Made by a program: the position numbers and the translations under genes
Part shown: one piece after another, positions 35,411-43,554 of the stretch
Numbering within the stretch: the stretch's first letter is position 1
Layout of the letters: each line of letters opens with the position of its first letter
Notes under the pieces: model-generated
What the model was told of the DNA's origin: nothing
The model's input: the letters and a program-made list of their open reading frames with translations, nothing else
Database searches by the model: none
Sequence record: NC_019410.1
Reading direction: 5' to 3' (one strand)
Length of the DNA: 64,000 nucleotides

Positions 35411-35666
35411 AGGTGATCCTGTACGGGAGCCCGCCGACGCAGATTTTCCCGCGTCGGCCGTCGGCGGTGGTGAAGCGGAAGCCCTGGCGGTTCTTGGTGC
35501 CGGCGCAGGACCACCATGCGCGGTGGAAGCTGACGACCTCGGCGCCGGTGGCGCGCTCGACCAGATGTCGAGCGTGACGCCCCTCCCAGGTGTAGGCCCA
35601 GACCCCGATGGCGAAGAAGACCAGAGTCAGGGAGCCATAGACGGCCCCTTTGACATAGTCCTCCAT
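35397..35666 (-). CDS. membrane-anchored protein
   Basis: N-terminal TM segment, two Cys. Confidence 0.7.
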   Translation of the reverse strand: MEDYVKGAVYGSLTLVFFAIGVWAYTWEGRHARHLVERATGAEVVSFHRAWWSCAGTKNRQGFRFTTADGRRGKICVGGLPYRITYGRD

Positions 35667-36043
35667 CAGGCCGCCACGAGCCCGGTGATCACGTCGGTGA
35701 CGATGCGGCGTTTCTCGGCCGGCATGCCCGCCAGCGCCAGGATCGTCTTGGCGCCGATCTCGGCGACGGCGGTCTCGACGTCGGCCCGGCCGTCGGTCAG
35801 GAACGCCGGATCGTCGACCGGCGGATAGAAGTGCCCGATGTCCTTCTTCAGGAACTGGGCCGCCTCGTAGAGCTTCGAGGACGAGATGCGGTTGTGCCCG
35901 CGCTCGTATTTCTGGACCTGCTGGAAGGTCACGCCGATCGCCTCGGCGAGTTGGCCTTGCGAGAAGCCGGCCGTCTTGCGGGTGTCGCGCAACTTGCGCC
36001 CCACATAGACGTCGACGGGGTGCGGGGTCTTGTCGTCAGCCAT
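35666..36043 (-). CDS. XRE-family HTH transcription factor
   Basis: PHPVDVYVGRKLR..R...GFSQ..LAEAIGVTFQQVQKYERG.NRISSSKL; ATG 36043. Confidence 0.92.
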   Translation of the reverse strand: MADDKTPHPVDVYVGRKLRDTRKTAGFSQGQLAEAIGVTFQQVQKYERGHNRISSSKLYEAAQFLKKDIGHFYPPVDDPAFLTDGRADVETAVAEIGAKTILALAGMPAEKRRIVTDVITGLVAA

Positions 36044-37022
36044 GAGCGGCTTCCTCCTTCTGCTTCTTGGACCGCAGGTCGCGGCGGTGCTTAAAGGCCG
36101 CGCGCAGGGCCTGGGTGGTGTCGTCGTGCATGCCCAGGTCCGCCCCATCGGGCGCGACCACGCTGTTCTGGAGACCGAACCGATAGCCCTCGGCCGTCAG
36201 TTCATAGACCGCCTGCTCCTCGTGCATCTGGGCGAGGTGGCGATAATATTCGGCCAGCGCCAGTTCGTAGTCGCCCAGGAAAAGGCGCGCGTTGCGCTCG
36301 ACGCCGGCGACCTCGGCGCGGAAGGTCAGCAGGAACCGCCCAGGCCCGACATGCGTCAGCTTGTAGCCGTGTTCGGCCAGCACCTCGTCGACGGTCTTGG
36401 TGACCGTGTAGATATGGAAGGTGTAGACGGCTTCGATGTGGGTGTCGTCGTAGAGATACTCGGACCGGTTTTGATGCTCGCCGATGTAGGGACCCCACTT
36501 GTGGTAGCGCCAGCCGCCGGACGCGGGCTGGTGCTCACGCCGGACTTCCACCATCGAGATGAAGTAGGGCGTGTCCGGATCGTCGATCAGGTCGGGGATG
36601 CAGGCGAGAAGCTGCTCGGGGCTGTCGCAGACGCCGTAGCTTTCGACCAGATAGGGGATGCGCCTATAGCCCTCGGGGACCGGCGGGACCTCGTCCAGGT
36701 ACTCGGTGTCGAGCACCTCGATCTTGTACTTGTCGTGGAGCAGGTTGATCCGCGCCCAGCGGCGGTCTCCGTCGGCCTTGATCCAGGCCCGGACCGCAGC
36801 GCTGCGCTCCTCCTCGGTCTGCCCGCGTTCGTGGGGCGGACCCCACTTGCTGTCACGGTCCTCGATCTTTTCGACGATCTCGTACTCGGGATTCCAGGAG
36901 CCCATCGAGTAGACGCCCTGGTGGAGGCGAATGGGCTTGCGGGCGCGGTTGTTCATTTCCGCGATCATCTTGGCGATCGGGTCGACTTCCGAGGCGGGGC
37001 GCAGGGTGATGTCGTAGAGCAT
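36036..37022 (-). CDS. hypothetical protein
   Basis: ATG 37022; YGVCDSPEQ...GGWRYHKWGPYIG. Confidence 0.8.
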   Translation of the reverse strand: MLYDITLRPASEVDPIAKMIAEMNNRARKPIRLHQGVYSMGSWNPEYEIVEKIEDRDSKWGPPHERGQTEEERSAAVRAWIKADGDRRWARINLLHDKYKIEVLDTEYLDEVPPVPEGYRRIPYLVESYGVCDSPEQLLACIPDLIDDPDTPYFISMVEVRREHQPASGGWRYHKWGPYIGEHQNRSEYLYDDTHIEAVYTFHIYTVTKTVDEVLAEHGYKLTHVGPGRFLLTFRAEVAGVERNARLFLGDYELALAEYYRHLAQMHEEQAVYELTAEGYRFGLQNSVVAPDGADLGMHDDTTQALRAAFKHRRDLRSKKQKEEAAHG

Positions 37023-37303
37023 CAGGCGGCGCCCTGGGCGATTTCGTAGGTGATCTTCGAGACGCCGATGTCGACCACGAACCGGTCGGGCGAGCCGTCG
37101 AACACGTAGTTGGCCTGACACCCAATCGGCATCATCTTGCCGTTGTCCATCCAGATCGCGTCCGGAGTGGCCTCGACCACGCCGCGCACCTGGGCCTGAG
37201 CCGGAGAAGGTTGCATCTCCACGCCGCCCACGGTGATCGCCACGGCCGCGAGACGCGCGCCCGGCTGGTTCAACTTGGCGATCAGGTCCTGGATCGAGTT
37301 CAC
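37022..37303 (-). CDS. hypothetical protein
   Basis: GTG 37303 after AAGGAGG and promoter element. Confidence 0.75.
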   Translation of the reverse strand: MNSIQDLIAKLNQPGARLAAVAITVGGVEMQPSPAQAQVRGVVEATPDAIWMDNGKMMPIGCQANYVFDGSPDRFVVDIGVSKITYEIAQGAA

Positions 37304-37315
37304 GCGGCCTCCTTC

Positions 37316-37376
37316 TGTCGTTGTGTCGACATAAGCTCTAGCCGTGGTTTTCCGGCCTGTCAACACACAACCGCCA
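37316..37376 (-). promoter_or_regulatory. repeated promoter-leader element (variant leader)
   Basis: TGGC-N9-TTGACA-N17-TAGAGC-..-CGACACAACGAC-AAGGAGG. Confidence 0.82.
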
Positions 37377-37382
37377 AGGGTC

Positions 37383-37414
37383 AAAAGAAAACCGCCGCCC
37401 CGAAGGACGGCGGT
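37383..37414 (-). terminator. rho-independent terminator
   Basis: ACCGCCGTCC-TTCG-GGGCGGCGGT-TTTCTTTT (cUUCGg loop). Confidence 0.92.
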
Positions 37415-37440
37415 CATGACAGAGCATGTCAGGAGGGACG

Positions 37441-39564
37441 TCAGACGTCCAGAGCGAAGGCCGGCGGGGAGACGTCCGGCTTCTGAATGATGAATCCCCG
37501 ATCCAAGAGGGGCGGGAAGACCTGCTTGAGCACGCCGGCCGCGACCCCGGCTTCCTCGGCGATTTCGGCGAACGTGAAGGCCTCGCGCTGGCCGGCGCTG
37601 GCGACAAACAGATCGTTGAGCGCCAGGATCACCGCGCCCGCCGGACTGATCTCGTAGGCCATGTCGAAATTCGGGTCTTCTGACAGCCGCAGCAGGCCTT
37701 CCGCCTCCAGGTTCGCGATGAGCGCCTTGAGTTGGTCAACCTTGACCGCGCCAAGATGGGTTTGGATTTCCCAGGGCGCCGCCGGCTCCTCGGCGCGCAC
37801 GGCTTGCAGCGTCGCGATCAAGGCGATCGCCGGCATGGCCCGCACGATCATCTCGTCGCCAACCGTCAGGTCCGGGGCGTTGACCAGCAGGTCATTGATC
37901 ACCGCGTCGCCGTGGGTCTCGACATAGGTCCGCAGCCGCTTGAGGGCGACCAGGAAATCGTCCTTGGTGATCGGCTCGATGCGGAAGGTCAGGAGCGGGT
38001 CGGTCGGAATCTCCGAGAAGTAGGCCCGACCCCGGTGGCTCCAGCCCTCGACCACATGCAGGAAGAGATCGATCGGCATGGCGACGGCGCCAAAGCCCAG
38101 TCGCGCATCGTCCGTCGCCTCCTCGACCTGCGCCAAGGCGTTGTCGATCGCTTCGAGCGTGAAGCCCCCGACAAGGCCGTTTTCCGCCGCGTCCAGCACG
38201 TTGGCCGCTTCTTCGGTGCCGAGCCCTTCGACGACCATTTCCGAGGCCTCCTGAGCCGTTTCCTGCGGCAGGGCGTCGGCGAGCTTGCTCATCGCCTCGG
38301 CGACGCCGCTCGTGTCGAGTTCCAGCTTCAGGGCCAGCTTCTCGGGACGCGCCGAGTAGGGCACGCCCTGGATCACCACGGCGCCCAGGTCGCCGACGAC
38401 GCGCTTGGTCACTTCCAGATAGGCGTAGCGCGAGGCGGCGTTGAGCAGCGACAGCCGTTCGAAGACGATCTGCTGCTCCTGCTCGCGCGACAGGATGCCC
38501 GTCTCCAGGATGAATAGCGGCTCGGAGCCATCCAGCGGGGGCTTGGCCTCGCCGTCGTCTTCCGGAAGGTCCTCGTCGAAATCGGCGCCGCTGATCGGCT
38601 CGCTCTCCGGCGGGGTGAAGCGGATGCCCGGCTCGCGGGGCGGTTCGGCGGGAGTGGCGTCGTCGAGAGGCATGTCGGTCCTTTGAGGCTTGGAGGTGAT
38701 GAAGAGCGTGGTGAGATCGACGTCCCAGACCCCGCGCCCGTCGGTGAAGAGCGCCATGAAGGTCCCCAGGCGCGCATCCCAGCGGATGGTCTGGATCACG
38801 CCGTTGACGTCGCCATAGACGCCGGTCGCCCCCACGAGTTCATCGCGCAGGACCTCCGCATGGTCGTGGCACTCACCAAGCGTCGCCGGACGCACGGCGT
38901 GGAACGGGTATTGCTGATAGGCGCCCGGCGGCGAGACGAGGCGGACATTGACGTAGAGCGGCCCCAGATGGGTGTGGGCGTCGCGCAGGAAGCCGACCAC
39001 GGTCTCCCCGTCGTTCTGGGTCGCCACCACGGGCATGCCGGCGCAGTTAGCCGTCAGGACCGCCGGATAGTCCTGGGGATAGGCCACGGCGTACAGGTGG
39101 AGATGATCACCCCGGCGCTGGGCCTTCCAGTCGGCGACACACCAAGCCGCCACCCGCGTGGCCCCGAACTCCGGCGTCTCCTCGATCAAGACGCCGCCGT
39201 CCGGAAGGTCCGCCTGCCCGACGTAAGGAACGACCTCGCTATGGCTGACGCTCCAGGCGGGCTTGGGAAATTGCGGGGTGATCATGAGCTTCTCGGTGAA
39301 GGTGAGATTGATGGCGTCGGCGTAGTGAACATACGGGCCGACCGGGGTGGTCCATGGCGGATCACCCTTGCGGATGTCCGACAGCGGCACCGCGACGTGC
39401 CTGCCGTTGGGCTGGACGATGTCGGCCAGGATGCGCGGCGGCTGGTGCATCAGGGTCACGACGTGCCCCTCGCCCGCCTCGAAGGTGCGGCTCTTGGGCC
39501 ACCAGACCTTGGACCCGGTCCAGTGGATCGACTGGATGACGAGGTCTTGTTCGGTCCCGATCAT
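37441..39564 (-). CDS. large multidomain hypothetical protein
   Basis: 707 aa, GC3-biased; beta-rich N-half, acidic linker, C-terminal winged-helix-like segments. Confidence 0.8.
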   Translation of the reverse strand: MIGTEQDLVIQSIHWTGSKVWWPKSRTFEAGEGHVVTLMHQPPRILADIVQPNGRHVAVPLSDIRKGDPPWTTPVGPYVHYADAINLTFTEKLMITPQFPKPAWSVSHSEVVPYVGQADLPDGGVLIEETPEFGATRVAAWCVADWKAQRRGDHLHLYAVAYPQDYPAVLTANCAGMPVVATQNDGETVVGFLRDAHTHLGPLYVNVRLVSPPGAYQQYPFHAVRPATLGECHDHAEVLRDELVGATGVYGDVNGVIQTIRWDARLGTFMALFTDGRGVWDVDLTTLFITSKPQRTDMPLDDATPAEPPREPGIRFTPPESEPISGADFDEDLPEDDGEAKPPLDGSEPLFILETGILSREQEQQIVFERLSLLNAASRYAYLEVTKRVVGDLGAVVIQGVPYSARPEKLALKLELDTSGVAEAMSKLADALPQETAQEASEMVVEGLGTEEAANVLDAAENGLVGGFTLEAIDNALAQVEEATDDARLGFGAVAMPIDLFLHVVEGWSHRGRAYFSEIPTDPLLTFRIEPITKDDFLVALKRLRTYVETHGDAVINDLLVNAPDLTVGDEMIVRAMPAIALIATLQAVRAEEPAAPWEIQTHLGAVKVDQLKALIANLEAEGLLRLSEDPNFDMAYEISPAGAVILALNDLFVASAGQREAFTFAEIAEEAGVAAGVLKQVFPPLLDRGFIIQKPDVSPPAFALDV

Positions 39565-39986
39565 GCGGACGCCGCCGCGCCGGCCGGCGTCAAGCCGTAG
39601 ATGGTGGGGCCTCGCGGCGACTTTCCGAGCGCGACCACTTCCAGATAGCCCATATTGTTCAAAGCCTTGGCTGTTTCATGATCGGGGTGATCGTTGAAGA
39701 CGTTGAGGCGCCCGCCCTCGCCCATCGCCTGGGCGGCGCGCAGAAGACTCGCCTCGGCTTCGGTCAGGGTGACCAGGGCGACGTCCTCCAGCGCCACGTC
39801 GATCACGCAGGTCTGACCCTGATGAACGAACTCGATGATCGCCAGCCGGCGATAGGTCCCCGGCAGGACCGCGAGACAGACGCCTCGGACCTCGACCTTC
39901 TGGCGGGCGGTGATCGGGAGATAGAGGCTCGTCTTGACGGCCTTGCCCTTGAGGGACAGATGCTCGTGCGTCGCCAGCGGGATCAT
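39561..39986 (-). CDS. hypothetical protein
   Basis: C-terminal wHTH-like (LNNMGYL...YGLTPAG). Confidence 0.7.
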   Translation of the reverse strand: MIPLATHEHLSLKGKAVKTSLYLPITARQKVEVRGVCLAVLPGTYRRLAIIEFVHQGQTCVIDVALEDVALVTLTEAEASLLRAAQAMGEGGRLNVFNDHPDHETAKALNNMGYLEVVALGKSPRGPTIYGLTPAGAAASA

Positions 39987-40228
39987 GGCTCGACCTTCCG
40001 GACAGTGTAGGAGAATTCGTCGTGGACGCGACCGTCGAAACTAGCCTCGTAGCCGGGGCCGAGTTCGGCCAGGATGCGCGCCTCGATCTCGGCGAAGTCG
40101 ATTTTCGCCATCGCCTGTTCGGCCGCCCGCATCTGCTGGAGGAAGCCGTCCTTGATCTGGCGCCCCGCCTCGGTGCGGATCGGGATGTTCTGGATCGGCG
40201 GCTCGGATTTCGACAGACGCTCGCCCAT
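39983..40228 (-). CDS. hypothetical protein
   Basis: Coupled overlaps. Confidence 0.65.
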   Translation of the reverse strand: MGERLSKSEPPIQNIPIRTEAGRQIKDGFLQQMRAAEQAMAKIDFAEIEARILAELGPGYEASFDGRVHDEFSYTVRKVEP

Positions 40229-40776
40229 CAGGCCCTCCGGCGATAGACCCGCACCGGGCGGGTGGGGAGGCGTTTCTCAGGCGGCTTATAGGCGACCAGG
40301 GCATGGCTGATGCAGTAGACGCCTGCCTCGGCGCGGCACCCGCAATGGCCAAAGTCCGGCGAGTTCGGGTCGCCATAGGGCCAGCGGCACATTCCGCGCT
40401 TGAGTTCGGCCGTCGCGAACAGCCGCGCCGGGCGCGGCGGGATGACCGCCGTCCCTTCAGGGACCAGGGCGAGCTTGGGCTTGGCCGGCGGAGCGGGCTT
40501 TTCGACCTTCTTGGGCTTGCGCGCCGTGGCCTTCTTGACCTTGCGGACCTGGATGCCCAGGCCGCGCGTCTTCTTGCGGCGGGCGGTCGGAGGCGGAACC
40601 TTCTCGCCCAGTTCGCCGGCGGCCTTCAGTCGGTCGGCCTTGCCGCAGACGGCGCTCTTGGTGCGCGGCACGCTCAGGCGCTGACCGATCTCCTTGGTCC
40701 CGACCGGCTCCGCCCAGAGCTTCTTGAGCAGGGCGATGTCCTCGTCCGGCCAGTCGGAATTCCGCTTCTTCACCAC
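40228..40776 (-). CDS. gcrA: GcrA cell-cycle regulator homologue
   Basis: WPDEDIALLKKLW.E...KEIG..L...TKSAVCGKADRL; C-terminal CRWPYGDP...FGHCG...YC..H...AY. Confidence 0.9.
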   Translation of the reverse strand: MVKKRNSDWPDEDIALLKKLWAEPVGTKEIGQRLSVPRTKSAVCGKADRLKAAGELGEKVPPPTARRKKTRGLGIQVRKVKKATARKPKKVEKPAPPAKPKLALVPEGTAVIPPRPARLFATAELKRGMCRWPYGDPNSPDFGHCGCRAEAGVYCISHALVAYKPPEKRLPTRPVRVYRRRA

Positions 40777-40783
40777 GCTTGCA

Positions 40784-40963
40784 CTACTCCTTGATCTCGA
40801 CGCTCTTGGGCGGATTGGGATGAGGAACGAAGACCAGGGCCACGTCCTGACCGCCGGTATAGCGCGTGCGTCGGCTATAGAGCCAGCCGCCTTCCACCGC
40901 CAACCGCTCGGTCACCTGACCATCGGCTTCGTCGATCTTTTCCCACTTGGACTTCTTAGCCAT
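40784..40963 (-). CDS. 59-aa protein missed by the ORF track
   Basis: MAKKSKWEKIDEADGQVTERLAVEGGWLYSRRTRYTGGQDVALVFVPHPNPPKSVEIKE; GAGGGG SD; fills the gap after the leftward promoter. Confidence 0.8.
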   Translation of the reverse strand: MAKKSKWEKIDEADGQVTERLAVEGGWLYSRRTRYTGGQDVALVFVPHPNPPKSVEIKE

Positions 40964-40984
40964 CTTCCCCTCGAATTTGGCGGC

Positions 40985-41013
40985 ACCCTAGAGGAGCGTT
41001 CGAGTGTTGACAA
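40985..41013 (-). promoter_or_regulatory. leftward promoter of the divergent hub
   Basis: TTGTCA (41013-41008)-N17-TAGGGT (40990-40985). Confidence 0.6.
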
Positions 41014-41047
41014 GCACCAATGTCGCTGGCTTTCGAGTGTTGACAAG
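40999..41047. repeat. 16-bp direct repeat TTCGAGTGTTGACAAG (40999-41014, 41032-41047)
   Basis: Identical copies 33 nt apart at the strand switch. Confidence 0.9.
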
Positions 41048-41085
41048 TCCGGTGCTCGTCTATAGGGGAGACCGGGACGACAACG
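41027..41085 (+). promoter_or_regulatory. rightward promoter-leader element of the divergent hub
   Basis: TGGC-N9-TTGACA-N17-TAGGGG-..-GACGACAACG-AAAGGAG. Confidence 0.85.
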
Positions 41086-41098
41086 AAAGGAGCCTGCC

Positions 41099-41407
41099 AT
41101 GCGCTATGTGCTCGACTATGCCGACGACCGGGACAACCCGGTCTATACCGATTTCCAGGCCGGCGACCGCAAGGCGGCCATCGCCAAGGCCAAGCGCCTG
41201 CTCGCCAAGGCGATCAAGACCGTCGATTTCTCGCTCCACGGGGCCTACATCTTCGTCGATCCGACGGGCGTCGCCCGCGACGTCGACGACATGATCCCGT
41301 TCGGCATGCTGAGCACGATGGCCTACGCCAGCATCGTCACCCCGTCGATGATCTCGTTCGACGACCGCGACGCCAAGGCGGCGATCGCCGCGAGGCTCGC
41401 CCAATGA
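41099..41407 (+). CDS. hypothetical protein
   Basis: First rightward gene, AGGAG SD. Confidence 0.8.
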   Translation: MRYVLDYADDRDNPVYTDFQAGDRKAAIAKAKRLLAKAIKTVDFSLHGAYIFVDPTGVARDVDDMIPFGMLSTMAYASIVTPSMISFDDRDAKAAIAARLAQ

Positions 41408-41616
41408 TGGATCGTCAGGACGTCCAGCCCGGCTTCATCTATCGCGGCGGCAAGAACGGAACCCTGCGTCAGATCGTGAGCTATGGGGCGACCGAGGATT
41501 TCGTCTGCTGGGCCAATCCCCACGACCGCCTGCCCTACGGCGGCTTCATCTCCACCATCTGCACGTCCAGGACGTCGTTCGCCCGCTGGGCCGACAAGAT
41601 CGAGGAAGAGGTCTGA
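41404..41616 (+). CDS. hypothetical protein
   Basis: Coupled overlap. Confidence 0.7.
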   Translation: MMDRQDVQPGFIYRGGKNGTLRQIVSYGATEDFVCWANPHDRLPYGGFISTICTSRTSFARWADKIEEEV

Positions 41617-41897
41617 TGCTGTACAGCATGATCACGGGCGACTCTCCCGAAGACGAATTCGCCGACTATGAGTTCGCCAACGGGACCCAGGTCCACAATT
41701 CTCAAGCCGAGGACGATGGAACCTTCCGTCGCATGATCACCACGCCCAAGGGGATCAACGTCACCTTCTGGAACGTGATGCCCGTCGAGATCGTGGGCGA
41801 GGTCGCGGCCGAACTCGATCGGGTCGCGGCGGTCAACTTCGAGCAGGGCAAGCGTGCGAAGGCAGGTGAAATCATTCGCGTGTTGGGGCTCGGATGA
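41616..41897 (+). CDS. hypothetical protein
   Basis: Coupled overlap. Confidence 0.7.
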   Translation: MLYSMITGDSPEDEFADYEFANGTQVHNSQAEDDGTFRRMITTPKGINVTFWNVMPVEIVGEVAAELDRVAAVNFEQGKRAKAGEIIRVLGLG

Positions 41898-42166
41898 ACA
41901 CCTTCTTCCTTCGGCAGACCAAACGGGACGAGCAGGGTCGACGCTACTTTGAGTTCGTCGATCCTGACCTGACCCAGCGCCTCTATGTCCGCAAGCCGCC
42001 GGACGACTGGTCCGAGGGCTTCCCGATCGTCCTGGAGGACTTCGTCGATGGCAAGCCCGCCGGCTCCATCATCTGCCCGGCCGGGAAGAAGCGGGGGCAT
42101 GGCTTCGCGGCCTTCTTCAAGGCCAACCCTAAGGATTTCCGCAAGCTCAAGAAAGGTCGCCTATGA
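41894..42166 (+). CDS. hypothetical protein
   Basis: Coupled overlap. Confidence 0.7.
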   Translation: MNTFFLRQTKRDEQGRRYFEFVDPDLTQRLYVRKPPDDWSEGFPIVLEDFVDGKPAGSIICPAGKKRGHGFAAFFKANPKDFRKLKKGRL

Positions 42167-42420
42167 GGATTCCCCAGCCCGTCGAGTTCACCGTGGCCGA
42201 CCTCATCGCCCACCTTGCGACCCTGCCCCAGGACGCCAAGGTCGGCGTGCGCGGCGGGTTCGGGGGCTTCCGGCCGCTCGACGAGATCGCCCCGATCGAA
42301 CTCGTCACCTTCTACGGCGAGACCGACGTCGACCGCATGACGCTGGCGACCGCCGACCCCATCGCCATCAACTGGAAGGGCAAGCGCGGCGAGCCCTTCA
42401 CGGCCATCATTCTCGACTAG
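42163..42420 (+). CDS. hypothetical protein
   Basis: TVADLIAHLATLPQDAKV pattern. Confidence 0.7.
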   Translation: MRIPQPVEFTVADLIAHLATLPQDAKVGVRGGFGGFRPLDEIAPIELVTFYGETDVDRMTLATADPIAINWKGKRGEPFTAIILD

Positions 42421-42428
42421 GAGGACCC

Positions 42429-42668
42429 ATGACCAACCGTGTCTGGATTGAACTCGAACCGTCCGCGTCCGAGGGCCACGCCCGCGCCGCCGCCGCGTCG
42501 GCCATGCTGAAGCGCCTGGGTGTCGACGTCGGCGTCCACAAGCCGGTGTTCTGGCACGAGCGCAATGAGCGCTACTGCTTCACGCTCGACGCCTCGGGCG
42601 TCTACGTCGAGGCCGAGGACCACGGCCACTGGTACAACCTCGATTTCCTGGCGGGCGCCGATGTCTGA
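42429..42668 (+). CDS. hypothetical protein
   Basis: GGAGG SD, ATG 42429. Confidence 0.7.
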   Translation: MTNRVWIELEPSASEGHARAAAASAMLKRLGVDVGVHKPVFWHERNERYCFTLDASGVYVEAEDHGHWYNLDFLAGADV

Positions 42669-43056
42669 GGTCTTCCCGCCGATCCGCCCCCGCGAGGCCA
42701 GGGACGAGGAAATCCACGGCTTCGTCGTCCGCTACGGCTGGTTCTGGAACGTGACCCTGCTGAACGGCACGATCCTGGCCTTCGATCCCGACGATGTCGA
42801 CCCCTGCCGCTACGGCGTGACGGGCAAGGACGACTTCCGCAACCTCGCCGGCGCGCCCGAGACGATCGCGGCCTACGAGTGCGTCCAGGGCTGGCACGCC
42901 AAGGCCAAGCACCTCTCGGGCTGGACCGAACGTCACGACGACCGGCTCGAAGCCCTGCGGACGGCTTATCGCCGCCTGGAGGAGCAGCGCGAGCGCAACA
43001 GCCGCGCCCTGGAGGAGCACGGCGGCATCTTCAAGTTTCTGGAAGGTCAGGACTGA
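42661..43056 (+). CDS. hypothetical protein
   Basis: ATG 42661, coupled overlap. Confidence 0.7.
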   Translation: MSEVFPPIRPREARDEEIHGFVVRYGWFWNVTLLNGTILAFDPDDVDPCRYGVTGKDDFRNLAGAPETIAAYECVQGWHAKAKHLSGWTERHDDRLEALRTAYRRLEEQRERNSRALEEHGGIFKFLEGQD

Positions 43057-43298
43057 TGCAGAGGACCCTCCATTCGACCGGCCAGGAACTTTCGGTCAAG
43101 TTCAAGTTCCCGAGTGAAAACCTGACCTTGACCGTGCATGCCGAACAGGACAGCCCGATGGCGTTCCTTTGGGTCGAAGGCCGTTCGGTCGACTATTTCG
43201 AGAAGCTCCTGAGCTTCGAGCCGGCCGATCTCGATCTCTTGATCGCCACCCTGTCCGAGGCGCGCAAGATGATCCGCGAGCGCGAGCCGCAGGACTGA
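43056..43298 (+). CDS. hypothetical protein
   Basis: ATG overlaps upstream TGA. Confidence 0.65.
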   Translation: MQRTLHSTGQELSVKFKFPSENLTLTVHAEQDSPMAFLWVEGRSVDYFEKLLSFEPADLDLLIATLSEARKMIREREPQD

Positions 43299-43299
43299 C

Positions 43300-43554
43300 A
43301 TGCTGACCAAGGACGAGATCACCTTCGCGGGCCTGATCAAGGCCATGGAGGACGCCCGACGCACCGCCAAGGCGGCGGGCGATCTCGTCAGCACGGCCGA
43401 GATCGACCGCTGGTTCAAGGAACACGCGCCGATCATCCGGGAGGTCCGCGACAAGGCCGAGGCCGACGAATTCGACGCTGGCGCGAGAGTGTTGACAGCC
43501 TCTGAGGAAGGGGCTAAAGACACCCTCGACGACAGCGAAAGGAGCCTGCCTTGA
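43300..43554 (+). CDS. hypothetical protein
   Basis: 3' end runs through a promoter element. Confidence 0.65.
   Translation: MLTKDEITFAGLIKAMEDARRTAKAAGDLVSTAEIDRWFKEHAPIIREVRDKAEADEFDAGARVLTASEEGAKDTLDDSERSLP
43479..43537 (+). promoter_or_regulatory. repeated promoter-leader element
   Basis: TGGC-N9-TTGACA-N17-TAAAGA-..-CGACGACAGCG-AAAGGAG. Confidence 0.85.

Noticed and set aside
40963-41099. Strand switch as the physical genome end or terminal-repeat junction
   Set aside because: No sequence evidence in the window; continuous dense coding on both sides; needs read-coverage data
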